Shown: positions 16,771-24,652, counted from the first letter of the stretch. The stretch: 38,089 bases of DNA from Terriglobales bacterium (GCA_035542955.1 DATKKO010000269.1:1-38089), one strand, 5' to 3'. Numbers and translations are program-made. The notes: generated by a model not told the origin, from the letters alone.

Positions 16771-19425
16771 CTAGTTCGCCAACTCCCGCGCCGTAGCCGC
16801 GAGCGCCTCGCGGACCTTGCGGGCCAGCGATTCCAGCGCGAACGGCTTCGACAGCAGCGGCGCGTCCAGATCCTCCGCCGCCTGCACGCTCTCCCCCGGG
16901 GCGTAGCCCGAGAGATACAGCACGCGAATCCCCGGTCTCAGGCGGCGCACCTCACGGGCGACCTCGGGGCCGCTCAGCTCCGGCATCACCACGTCGGCCA
17001 CGAGCAGCTCGATCGATCCCGCGTGGCTCTTCGCGACGTCCAGCGCCTCGCGGCCGTTCCCGGTGGCGAGCACGCGATAGCCGAGGTGCTCGAGCATGCT
17101 CCGCTCCAGCGTGCGCACCGCGTCGTCGTCCTCCACCAGCAGCAGGGTGCCCGAACCCGGCGGATGACCGTTGCCTTCCTCCTCCGGCGGCGGAGCCGGA
17201 GCGAGCGGGAAGGAGATGCGGAACGTCGAGCCCTCGCCCGGCTCGGAGAAGACCTCGATGTCGCCGCCGCATCGCTGCACGACGCCGTAGACCGTCGAGA
17301 GTCCGAGGCCGGAGCCGCGCCCCTCCTCCTTGGTCGTGTAGAACGGCTCGAACAGATGGCGCTGGACCGTCGCGTCCATGCCGATCCCCGTGTCGCGCAC
17401 CTCGAGCGTGACCGAGGGCCCCGGACATTCGGGCCGGCAGCGGCGCTCCGGGTCCGCCGGACATTCGTGGTTCCCGGTCTCGATCTGGATCGTGCCGCCC
17501 TGCGGCATGGCCTCGCGCGCGTTCACCGCCAGGTTCGCGATCACCTGCTCGATCTGATCCGGCTCGATCATCACCCAGCCGGGATGCGCGCGCAGCTCGA
17601 GGTGGACCTCGATGTCCTCGCCCAGCGCGCGCTGCAGCATCAGGGACATGCCGGCCACCACGCCGTTCAGGTCCACGGGACGCGACGGCGCGGTCGGGCT
17701 GCATCCGAACGCCATGAGCTGGGTCGTGAGCATCGAGGCGCGGATCGCGGCCTCCTGCGCCCGCTCCGCGTCGCGGCGGGACTCCGCGTCGAGCTTCGGC
17801 CGGCTCAGGATCATGCCCTGCGCCCCGCGGATCACGGTGAGCAGGTTGTTGAACCCGTGCGCCACGCCGGCCGCGAGCCGTCCGAGCGCCTCCATCTTCT
17901 GCGCGTTCTGGAGCTGGCGCTCGAGCCGGCGCCGCGCGGTGAGATCGGCCATGGCGCACACCTGGCCGCGCACGCCGTCCGGCGCGATGAGGAGCGCGGT
18001 CGAGACGCTGAGCAGCAGCGGCCGTCCGTCCTTGCGCACCGCGGTCCACTCGACGTCCGTCAGCTCCTGGCCGCGGCCCGCGTGCGCCGCGTATCGGCGC
18101 GCCACCTCCTCGTGCTCCGGCGGCGTGAACGGCGCCTCGCGCCCGAGCACCTCGGCCGCGCTCCAGCCGAACAGGCGCTCCGCCGCGGGCGGCCACATCG
18201 TGACCTTCCGGTCGAGGTCGAGCGCGATCACCGCGACCGGCGACGAGGCGAGCACGGCCTGCAGCGTCTGGTTCGAGAGGCTCAGCTCCCGGGCGTGGGC
18301 CTGCAGGCTGTCCGCCATCTCGTCGAACGAGCGGCCCAACTCGCCCAGCTCGCCCGTGGTGTCGAGCGCCGCGCGCGAGGCGAGATTCCCCTCGCGCAAC
18401 CGGCGCGTGGCCCTCGTCAGCATGTCGAGCGGGTGCAGGATCACGCGCCGCGCCCAGAGCCAGAGCGCGAGCGCGGTGGCTCCCGCGACCAGCAGCAGCA
18501 CCAGCCCCATGCGGCGGGCCGTGCGATCGGCCTCGGCGAACACGCTCTTCGGCTCGAAGCCGAGCGCCACGAACAGGTCGCGGCCCGAGGTCATCCGCAC
18601 CGGCTGGAAGCTCCACAGCCGATCGACGCCCGTGAGGCCCTCCGCGCGGATGACGCCCTCCCGGCGGCGGAGGACATCGTGCACGACCGGCACGTCCGGG
18701 AACTCGCGGCCGGTGAAGCGCTGCGGGGCGGGCGAGGCCGCGAGCACCGTGCCCCGCGCGTCGAGCACGAGCAGCGAGCTGCCCTCGGGCAGCAGCCCGC
18801 CCGCCACCTCCTCGCTCAACCAGCCCACGTCGAGCGCGACGATCAGCACGCCGAGCACGCGACCGTTCTCGCTCACCACGCGATACGCGGCATTCACGCC
18901 CGGCCTGTCCGTCAGGCGGTCCGCCGGATGCGCGCCGACCACGATGTCGTGCGTGGCGAGGGCGAGCTGGAAGACGTCCTGATCCTGCACGCTCTCCGGA
19001 AGCGGCGAGCTCGTCGAGGACGCGACCACCTGTCCTTCGAGATCGGCGAGGGCGATCGCGGTGAACGGTCCCGCCCGAGTCGAGTTCGCCCGGTCCGCGC
19101 CGCGGAGGTTCGCGCCCCGGCCACGGTGGACGGGCCGGCTGGCGAGCACCTGCTGGAACAGCTTCCCGCAGTTCGCCCGATCGAGCGCGCGCACCTCGGG
19201 CGCCTGGGTCATCGTCTGGAGCACGACGCGCACGTCGGCGAGCGCGTTCTCGATGTTCTCGCACGCGCGTGCCGCGAGATCCCGGGTCCGCGCCAGGCTG
19301 CGGGTCTCGGCCTCGCGCCGAAGCTCGATGTCCGAATAGAGCACGAGACCTAGAGCCGGCAACGCCGCGAGGAGCACGAGGCTCAGCAGCCGGACACGGA
19401 GACTCGAGAACGCGCTGGGCAGCAA
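16771..19425 (-). CDS. Hybrid sensor histidine kinase/response regulator (TM - Cache-like - TM - HAMP - PAS - HisKA - HATPase_c - REC), paralog B
   Basis: The longest-ORF start is a TTG at 19425 with GGAG 8 nt upstream.
- H-box: AAGVAHGFNNLLTVI.
- N-box: NLAVNAREAMP.
- G1: RDTGIGMD.
- G2: GRGSGLGLSTVYG.
- REC: LLLVEDDDAV...LLVADVVMPELSG...LSKPF.

It is collinear with paralog A over its full length. Confidence 0.9.
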   Translation of the reverse strand: MLPSAFSSLRVRLLSLVLLAALPALGLVLYSDIELRREAETRSLARTRDLAARACENIENALADVRVVLQTMTQAPEVRALDRANCGKLFQQVLASRPVHRGRGANLRGADRANSTRAGPFTAIALADLEGQVVASSTSSPLPESVQDQDVFQLALATHDIVVGAHPADRLTDRPGVNAAYRVVSENGRVLGVLIVALDVGWLSEEVAGGLLPEGSSLLVLDARGTVLAASPAPQRFTGREFPDVPVVHDVLRRREGVIRAEGLTGVDRLWSFQPVRMTSGRDLFVALGFEPKSVFAEADRTARRMGLVLLLVAGATALALWLWARRVILHPLDMLTRATRRLREGNLASRAALDTTGELGELGRSFDEMADSLQAHARELSLSNQTLQAVLASSPVAVIALDLDRKVTMWPPAAERLFGWSAAEVLGREAPFTPPEHEEVARRYAAHAGRGQELTDVEWTAVRKDGRPLLLSVSTALLIAPDGVRGQVCAMADLTARRRLERQLQNAQKMEALGRLAAGVAHGFNNLLTVIRGAQGMILSRPKLDAESRRDAERAQEAAIRASMLTTQLMAFGCSPTAPSRPVDLNGVVAGMSLMLQRALGEDIEVHLELRAHPGWVMIEPDQIEQVIANLAVNAREAMPQGGTIQIETGNHECPADPERRCRPECPGPSVTLEVRDTGIGMDATVQRHLFEPFYTTKEEGRGSGLGLSTVYGVVQRCGGDIEVFSEPGEGSTFRISFPLAPAPPPEEEGNGHPPGSGTLLLVEDDDAVRTLERSMLEHLGYRVLATGNGREALDVAKSHAGSIELLVADVVMPELSGPEVAREVRRLRPGIRVLYLSGYAPGESVQAAEDLDAPLLSKPFALESLARKVREALAATARELAN

Positions 19426-19470
19426 GAGGGGGGCTCCGGGAGCAAGTCGAGCGCTTCTGATCGCTCCACC

Positions 19471-19476
19471 ATTCTA
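19471..19476 (-). promoter_or_regulatory. Candidate sigma70 -10 box (TAGAAT on the minus strand) upstream of kinase B
   Basis: The minus strand reads cGGACAa-N19-TAGAAT in the AT-richest patch of the 189-nt intergenic region, about 45 nt upstream of the TTG start. The spacer is long and the -35 is weak. Confidence 0.3.
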
Positions 19477-19614
19477 TCCGTCCGCGCCAACCATTTGTCC
19501 GCTGCACGCAAAGAGCAAGGGGAAAGGATGAGTCCGGTCCGCCGGCGGAGGGAGGTGTTCCCCGTTCGGCTCGCTCGGCGACGATTCACGTTGTCGAGGG
19601 TTTGGACGGCGGGC

Positions 19615-20010
19615 CTAGGGGGCCGAGCGGCGCGTCTTCGGGCCGAAGTACAGGTCGGCGCAGTGCGGGCACATGCCGTGGGAGAGCCTCAGGTCGGATG
19701 TCGTCCCGAGGAAGCTCTCGATCGCGACCCACTCCTCGCCGAGCCGAACCTTCTTGCACCCGGCGCAGATCACGAGGAAGCCCTCGAGGAACCGGATCCG
19801 CCGCAAGGCATGCACCGTCCAGGTGACGGTCACCGTTCCCAGGGCCAGGATCGCCGCCGAGAGCACGATGACCTGCTGGGCGTGGAACGGCGGATCGAGC
19901 CACTCCGTCACCCAGCATGCGGCCGCGGCGATCAGGAACCCGGCGGTCTCGAAGACGACGATGCCGCGCGGTGAGCGCGTGGCGAGCGACCGACGATCGG
20001 AACGGTCCAT
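19615..20010 (-). CDS. Small 2-TM membrane protein with a C-terminal CxxC...HGxCxxC zinc-ribbon-like motif
   Basis: I use the internal ATG (20010) of ORF 19615..20148. The TM helices are IVVFETAGFLIAAAACWVTEWL and VIVLSAAILALGTVTVTWTVHAL. The C-terminus is VICAGCKKVRLGEEWVAIESFLGTTSDLRLSHGMCPHCADLYFG. Confidence 0.7.
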   Translation of the reverse strand: MDRSDRRSLATRSPRGIVVFETAGFLIAAAACWVTEWLDPPFHAQQVIVLSAAILALGTVTVTWTVHALRRIRFLEGFLVICAGCKKVRLGEEWVAIESFLGTTSDLRLSHGMCPHCADLYFGPKTRRSAP

Positions 20011-20333
20011 GTCGTGAACCCCAGGAACGACAGCCCGACCCCCGGCTGCCCGACGATGGCGGACAGGAGAGGTCGACGCGGGATTCCGAGGGGCCCAGCG
20101 GTGAGACAAGCCTGACCTCGTGCCGCCGAGGGGACTCGGCACGATCATCGGTCATGGCGGGTGAGCGCGTGTCCCCGGCTTGCAAGGCTCGGCGAAAATG
20201 CCACGGACTGTGGCTGACCGACGGATCGCGCTCCAGGCACAGCGGGAAGGAGGAACCCAACGGGACAACGAGCCTGCCTGGGGTGGGGGGCGCTCGCTCA
20301 GGCACATCGTCCGTGATCGCTGCAGGGTCCCAT

Positions 20334-21437
20334 TCATCGCGCGAGTGCCTGTGCCGGCGCCCCCTTGACCGCCGTCTCGTTGGACAACGGATTGCCCACC
20401 GATGCCTCACCGGCCGGCTGCATGACCGGGGGCAGCCACGGCGGTGCGAGGGCGAGCACGAGATCCGCGGGGTCCAAAGGTTGTACGCGCACCAGCGGCA
20501 GCGAGTAGCGTCCGGCCAGCGTACGATCCTCGAGCTTCACCGTCAGCCCCAGCTCCGGATAGCTCCAGACCTGCACGTTGAGCGGGAAGTCGGTCTCGAC
20601 GGCGAAGATCGAGCTGTGCCGCTCGGTCACGGGGTCGTGCTGCATCTCGGCGGGAGGACCGTAGTGCACGTAGACGTCACCCCGCTCGTCCCAGTCCCCG
20701 CGTTTCGGATCGTAGAAAAGGAAGTAGGCCTGCGTGGCCCTCGCCCACAGCTCGACCCGGCCCGGCAGGGAGTCGAAGCGCGCGAAGCGCTGGCGCATGC
20801 GGCCCGGCAGGAAGGGGATGTTGTACGCGAAGATGCTGTCGGCGTCGTGCTCGAGGCCCACGCGCCAGCAGACCGATGCCACGGCGAGGTGCGCGTCGAG
20901 CCGGGTCGGGTCCGTCTTCGCGGCGCGAAACGCGGCGACCAGCGCGGCGCCGACATTGTCCTCCGCGATGAGCAACGGCTCCAGCTCCAGCCAGGCGTCC
21001 ACGTTCGACGTGTCGAGGATCGTCGCGCTCACCAGCTCCTGCACCGCGCGGTCGAGAGACTCGTGGTCGAGATGCTGGAGCCAATCGCGCTTCCAGATCC
21101 GCCCGAGCCCGAGATGTCCCGCCGCGTCGTCGGGCTCGAGCAGGCTGGCGTGCTCGAAGTGCTGTCGCGCGCTCTGCAGAAAGCCGCTCGCGTAGTACGC
21201 GCGCGCCAGCGTCAGCTCGATCTCGGCGTCGCCGGGCGCGAGGCGGTTGGCCTCCTCGAGCGCGCGCACGGCCTGCCGGCGGGAATCGACGGTGTTCTCC
21301 CCGAGCTGCGCGAGGGCCTGTCGCTGGAGCGACTGCGCCCGGTCGGGCGCGGAGGGTCGATCGCCGGAAGCTGCGATCGCGCGGCCGGCAGCGGCCAATC
21401 CGAGGACCAAGCACGCAGCGACGAGGATGCGGTTCAT
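20334..21437 (-). CDS. Secreted TPR-like + truncated GWxTD-like protein (paralog G2)
   Basis: I use the internal ATG (21437), preceded by AAGGGAGGA. The signal peptide is MNRILVAACLVLGLAAAGRAIAA. It is collinear with G1 and retains GDWDERGDVYVHYGPPAEM, but it lacks the YWKSRDPDP...NE segment. Confidence 0.8.
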   Translation of the reverse strand: MNRILVAACLVLGLAAAGRAIAASGDRPSAPDRAQSLQRQALAQLGENTVDSRRQAVRALEEANRLAPGDAEIELTLARAYYASGFLQSARQHFEHASLLEPDDAAGHLGLGRIWKRDWLQHLDHESLDRAVQELVSATILDTSNVDAWLELEPLLIAEDNVGAALVAAFRAAKTDPTRLDAHLAVASVCWRVGLEHDADSIFAYNIPFLPGRMRQRFARFDSLPGRVELWARATQAYFLFYDPKRGDWDERGDVYVHYGPPAEMQHDPVTERHSSIFAVETDFPLNVQVWSYPELGLTVKLEDRTLAGRYSLPLVRVQPLDPADLVLALAPPWLPPVMQPAGEASVGNPLSNETAVKGAPAQALAR

Positions 21438-21795
21438 GGGATCCTCCCTTGCCGATTCCTCTTGGATTGTCCCAGGCCGGTCGGAAGTGACGTGGATTTC
21501 CTTCGTGTGGACGAACCGCAATCGAATCTCCAGGACCTGCACATGGTCATGTCATGCAGCGTCCGTGAACCGCAACGTCGACTAGGTCAGTCCGCGGAGC
21601 GGTGCGCTAGGGCCAATCGAGCACGGGATCACGCCCTGCCCGGTACTCCCGCACCCCACGGAAGGTCGAAGGCGGTGATTGCGCCGAGCCCGGCAGTTCC
21701 GGTGCGCGAACGCGTCGAGGAGAGACCGGTGGAAGGCTCCGCGGGGGCTCTCGGAGGAAAGACGAACAAGGGGCTGACGGCGCGTGCGCGCCCCC

Positions 21796-23253
21796 TCACC
21801 CCCGCTCGAGCCGCGCGACGCACTCGATGTGTGGCGTGTGCGGGAACATGTCGACGGGCGTGACCTCGGCGGCGCGCCAGCCGTGGGTGGCGAAGTCCTT
21901 GAGGTCGCGCGCGAGCGTCGCCGGATTGCACGAGACGTAGACGATGCGCGCGGGCTTGAGCTCGGCCACGCGGAACACGACCCGCGGGTGGAGCCCGGCG
22001 CGCGGTGGATCGACGAGCACGACATCCGGGCCGCCCGCGCCCGCAACGTCGCCCGCAGCGCCTGCGCCCGCGGCGGCGCCCGTGTCCCCGCCGCCCCCGG
22101 TGCCGCCCGCCTCCCACGGCCTCTCCCGCTCGTGCCGCGCCCAGGCGCGCAGCACGGGCCGCGCCTCGCCCGCCACGAACACCGCGTTCGCGATCCGGTT
22201 GCGCTCCGCGTTGCGGCGCGCGCGCGCGATCGCCTCCGCGACCGACTCGACGCCGATCGCGAGACGCGCCGCGCACGCCACCAGCAGCGTGAGCGTGCCC
22301 GTCCCGCAGTAGAGATCGAGCACGGTCTCGCCGCCGCGGAGCGCCGCCGCCTCGAGCGCCGCGTCGTAGAGCGCCTCCGCCTGCCGGCTGTTGGTCTGCA
22401 GGAACGTGCTCGCGGTGGCCTCGAACTCGAGCCCGAGCAGCCGCTCGACGATCGCCTCGCCTCCCACGAGCACGCGCTCCTCGTCGCCCAGCGCCACGTT
22501 CGCGCGCGAGCGGTTCAGCACGAGCGTGACGCCGCGCACCTCGCTCGAGAGCGCGGCCACGGCGCGCGCCCACGACTCGAGACCGGGCAGGTCGTCCGAG
22601 GCCGCGACCAGGTGCACCGCGCACTGCGCGGTGTGCGGCAGGTGGCGCACGGCGAGATAGCGCGCCACGCCCTCGTGACGCCGCGGATGATACGCGCGCC
22701 AGCGATGCTCGCCGGCGAAGCGCTGGGTGAGCCTCACGATCTCCAGCGTGAGCGCGCTGGGCAGGATGCAGGTCTCCAGCTCGAAGACGCGGTCGAACGT
22801 CCCGCGCTCGTGCAGTCCGAGGAGCGGTCGGCCAGAATCATCCGGATGGAAGCTGAACTCCATCTTGTTCCGGTACCCGGCCGTCTCGGGCGCGGGCCGG
22901 ATCGGCCGCACCGGGACGTCGCGCATTCCGCCGATGTGCTCCAGCGTCTCGCGCACCTGCCGCTCCTTGAGCGCGAGTTGTTCCTCGTACGCGAGATCCT
23001 GGAGTCGGCACCCGCCGCAGACGCCGCCGCGGAAATGGGGACAGGGTGCCTCGATTCGGAGGGGGGAGGATTCGAGGATCCGCTCGAGCCGGGCCTCGGC
23101 CCACGTCGGCTTGACCCGGGTCACGCGCGCCAGGATGCGGTCCCCGGGAAGGCCCCGATCCACGAACACCGCACGGCCTTCATGGCGGGCAAGGGCCTTG
23201 CCACCCAGGGCCAGGTCGCTGATCCGGAGTTCTGGCAGATCGTTGACGTTCAT
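21796..23253 (-). CDS. rlmD: 23S rRNA (uracil-5-)-methyltransferase RlmD/RumA family (TRAM + Fe-S Cys cluster + SAM methyltransferase)
   Basis: I use the internal ATG (23253) of the 966-aa ORF.
- TRAM: LALGGKALARHEGRAVFVDRGLPGDRILARV.
- Cys cluster: CPHFRGGVCGGCRLQ.
- SAM motif: VLDLYCGTGTLTL.
- Also present: DPPRAG, and the catalytic VYVSCNPATLARD. Confidence 0.9.
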   Translation of the reverse strand: MNVNDLPELRISDLALGGKALARHEGRAVFVDRGLPGDRILARVTRVKPTWAEARLERILESSPLRIEAPCPHFRGGVCGGCRLQDLAYEEQLALKERQVRETLEHIGGMRDVPVRPIRPAPETAGYRNKMEFSFHPDDSGRPLLGLHERGTFDRVFELETCILPSALTLEIVRLTQRFAGEHRWRAYHPRRHEGVARYLAVRHLPHTAQCAVHLVAASDDLPGLESWARAVAALSSEVRGVTLVLNRSRANVALGDEERVLVGGEAIVERLLGLEFEATASTFLQTNSRQAEALYDAALEAAALRGGETVLDLYCGTGTLTLLVACAARLAIGVESVAEAIARARRNAERNRIANAVFVAGEARPVLRAWARHERERPWEAGGTGGGGDTGAAAGAGAAGDVAGAGGPDVVLVDPPRAGLHPRVVFRVAELKPARIVYVSCNPATLARDLKDFATHGWRAAEVTPVDMFPHTPHIECVARLERG

Positions 23254-23379
23254 CTCGCCGGTCCGGTGGTACACCTGCGCGCGGCGTTTTTCTGGAACCG
23301 CGGGGCGAACCACAGCGTTGTAGGGAGCGACAGCCGTCGCCCGGCGGAACCCACGAGGCATAACACAGGAGGAGTGGTC

Positions 23380-24369
23380 ATGAGAAAGACGGGAACATTC
23401 GTCTGGCTCGCCGCATTGGTTGTCGGCCTCGCACTCGTGGCGGGGCTCGCTGTGGCGCCGGGCGCCCGGGCGGCCGAGCAGGGCCAGCCCACGCCGTGGC
23501 TGGGCGTCTACATGCAGGCGCTCACGCCCGAACTGCGCGAGGGGATGGACATCCAGGGCGCGGGCGGCGTGCTGGTCAGCGGCGTGGTGTCGGACGGCCC
23601 CGCGGCCCGGGCCGGAGTGCAGAAGGGCGACGTGATCCTGCGCGTGAACTCGCGGCTCGTCAGCTCGCCCAACCAGCTGCAGGACGTGATCCAGTCGGCC
23701 CGCGTCGGCCAGACCGTCGCGCTCCAGATCTATCGCGACGGCAACCAGCGCTCGCTCTCCGCCACGCTGCGCGAGAGGCCGTCGGACGTGGAGGAGATGC
23801 AGGCGCCCGAGGGCACGGAGCAGGAGGAGGAAGCGACCCCCGAGACCCCGGCGCCCGGCGAGCAGCGCGAGATCCGCGAGTTCACGCTCCCGGACATGAG
23901 CATGTTCCCGGGCATGATGACGCGCGGGCGGCTCGGGGTGCGGATCGAATCGTTGAGCCCCGATCTGGGCGACTACTTCGGCATGCGCGACGGCCACGGC
24001 GTGCTCGTGCTCGAGGTCGAAGACAACACGCCCGCGGCGCGGGCGGGCCTCAAGGCCGGAGACGTGATCACCCGGGTCGGCGACCAGTCGGTCGACAATG
24101 CGCAGGACCTGGTCGACGCGTTGCGGGGTAAGCAAGGCAACGTGAGCCTGCGGGTGGTCCGGCACGGGACTCCCCGCACGATCGAGGCGCGTCTGGAGAG
24201 CGCCGGGACCATGGGCCGTGGGTCCATGCGGATCCTGGCGCCGGCCCCCGGGGCGCGGCTGCGTATCGAGAATCGCGACCAGATGCAACGTCAGATCGAC
24301 GAGCTCAAGCGGCAGGTCGAGGATCTGCAGCGCAAGCTCGAGCAGAAGGGAAGCGGCGGGGGCAATTAG
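23380..24369 (+). CDS. Secreted tandem-PDZ protein without a protease domain, with a C-terminal coiled coil
   Basis: I use the internal ATG preceded by AGGAGGAG. The signal/TM segment is MRKTGTFVWLAALVVGLALVAGLAVAPGARA. Two PDZ cores are present (GVLVSGVVSDGPAARAGVQKGDVILRVN and GVLVLEVEDNTPAARAGLKAGDVITRVG). The acidic linker reads EEMQAPEGTEQEEEATPE. Confidence 0.85.
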   Translation: MRKTGTFVWLAALVVGLALVAGLAVAPGARAAEQGQPTPWLGVYMQALTPELREGMDIQGAGGVLVSGVVSDGPAARAGVQKGDVILRVNSRLVSSPNQLQDVIQSARVGQTVALQIYRDGNQRSLSATLRERPSDVEEMQAPEGTEQEEEATPETPAPGEQREIREFTLPDMSMFPGMMTRGRLGVRIESLSPDLGDYFGMRDGHGVLVLEVEDNTPAARAGLKAGDVITRVGDQSVDNAQDLVDALRGKQGNVSLRVVRHGTPRTIEARLESAGTMGRGSMRILAPAPGARLRIENRDQMQRQIDELKRQVEDLQRKLEQKGSGGGN

Positions 24370-24499
24370 CGCGAACGATCGTTGCAAGCGGCCGGTCGTC
24401 AGGGCGATCGATCCGACCCGCACGGGACCGAGGAGGTGTCCAGAGGGGCGTCGAATCGGGCGGGACGGTGCAGCGCGACGTTCTGAGCCGGCACGCAGG

Positions 24500-24529
24500 C
24501 GGGCCCGGTCGTAGGTTCGGCCGGGCCCG
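24500..24529 (+). terminator. 9-bp GC hairpin in the PDZ-NUDIX intergenic region (possible terminator or attenuator)
   Basis: CGGGCCCGG-N12-CCGGGCCCG lies 130 nt after the PDZ gene stop. It is followed by agccttgt, a weak U-tract. Confidence 0.3.
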
Positions 24530-24652
24530 AGCCTTGTCGGCCCGCCGTGTCGGCGCGGCGTGATGCTCGACGGACTTCCGCGCGATCCTCGGCGGTCGCC
24601 CGCGCGCGCGCCTCGTTTGCGCGGCGCGACGCCCCCCGCGTACTTTCGCCGC

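Noticed and set aside
20011-20333. The long (323 nt) spacer between G2 and the small Zn-ribbon gene was considered as a possible ncRNA or small ORF. It includes the imperfect hairpin GTGCCGAG-tccc-CTCGGCgGCAC on the minus strand.
   Set aside because: I recognise no conserved RNA motif. The ORFs there (for example 20152..20337 and 20180..20368) have poor composition. Without comparative data this is just a long 5' UTR or promoter region. It is worth a covariance scan but is not reportable as a feature.
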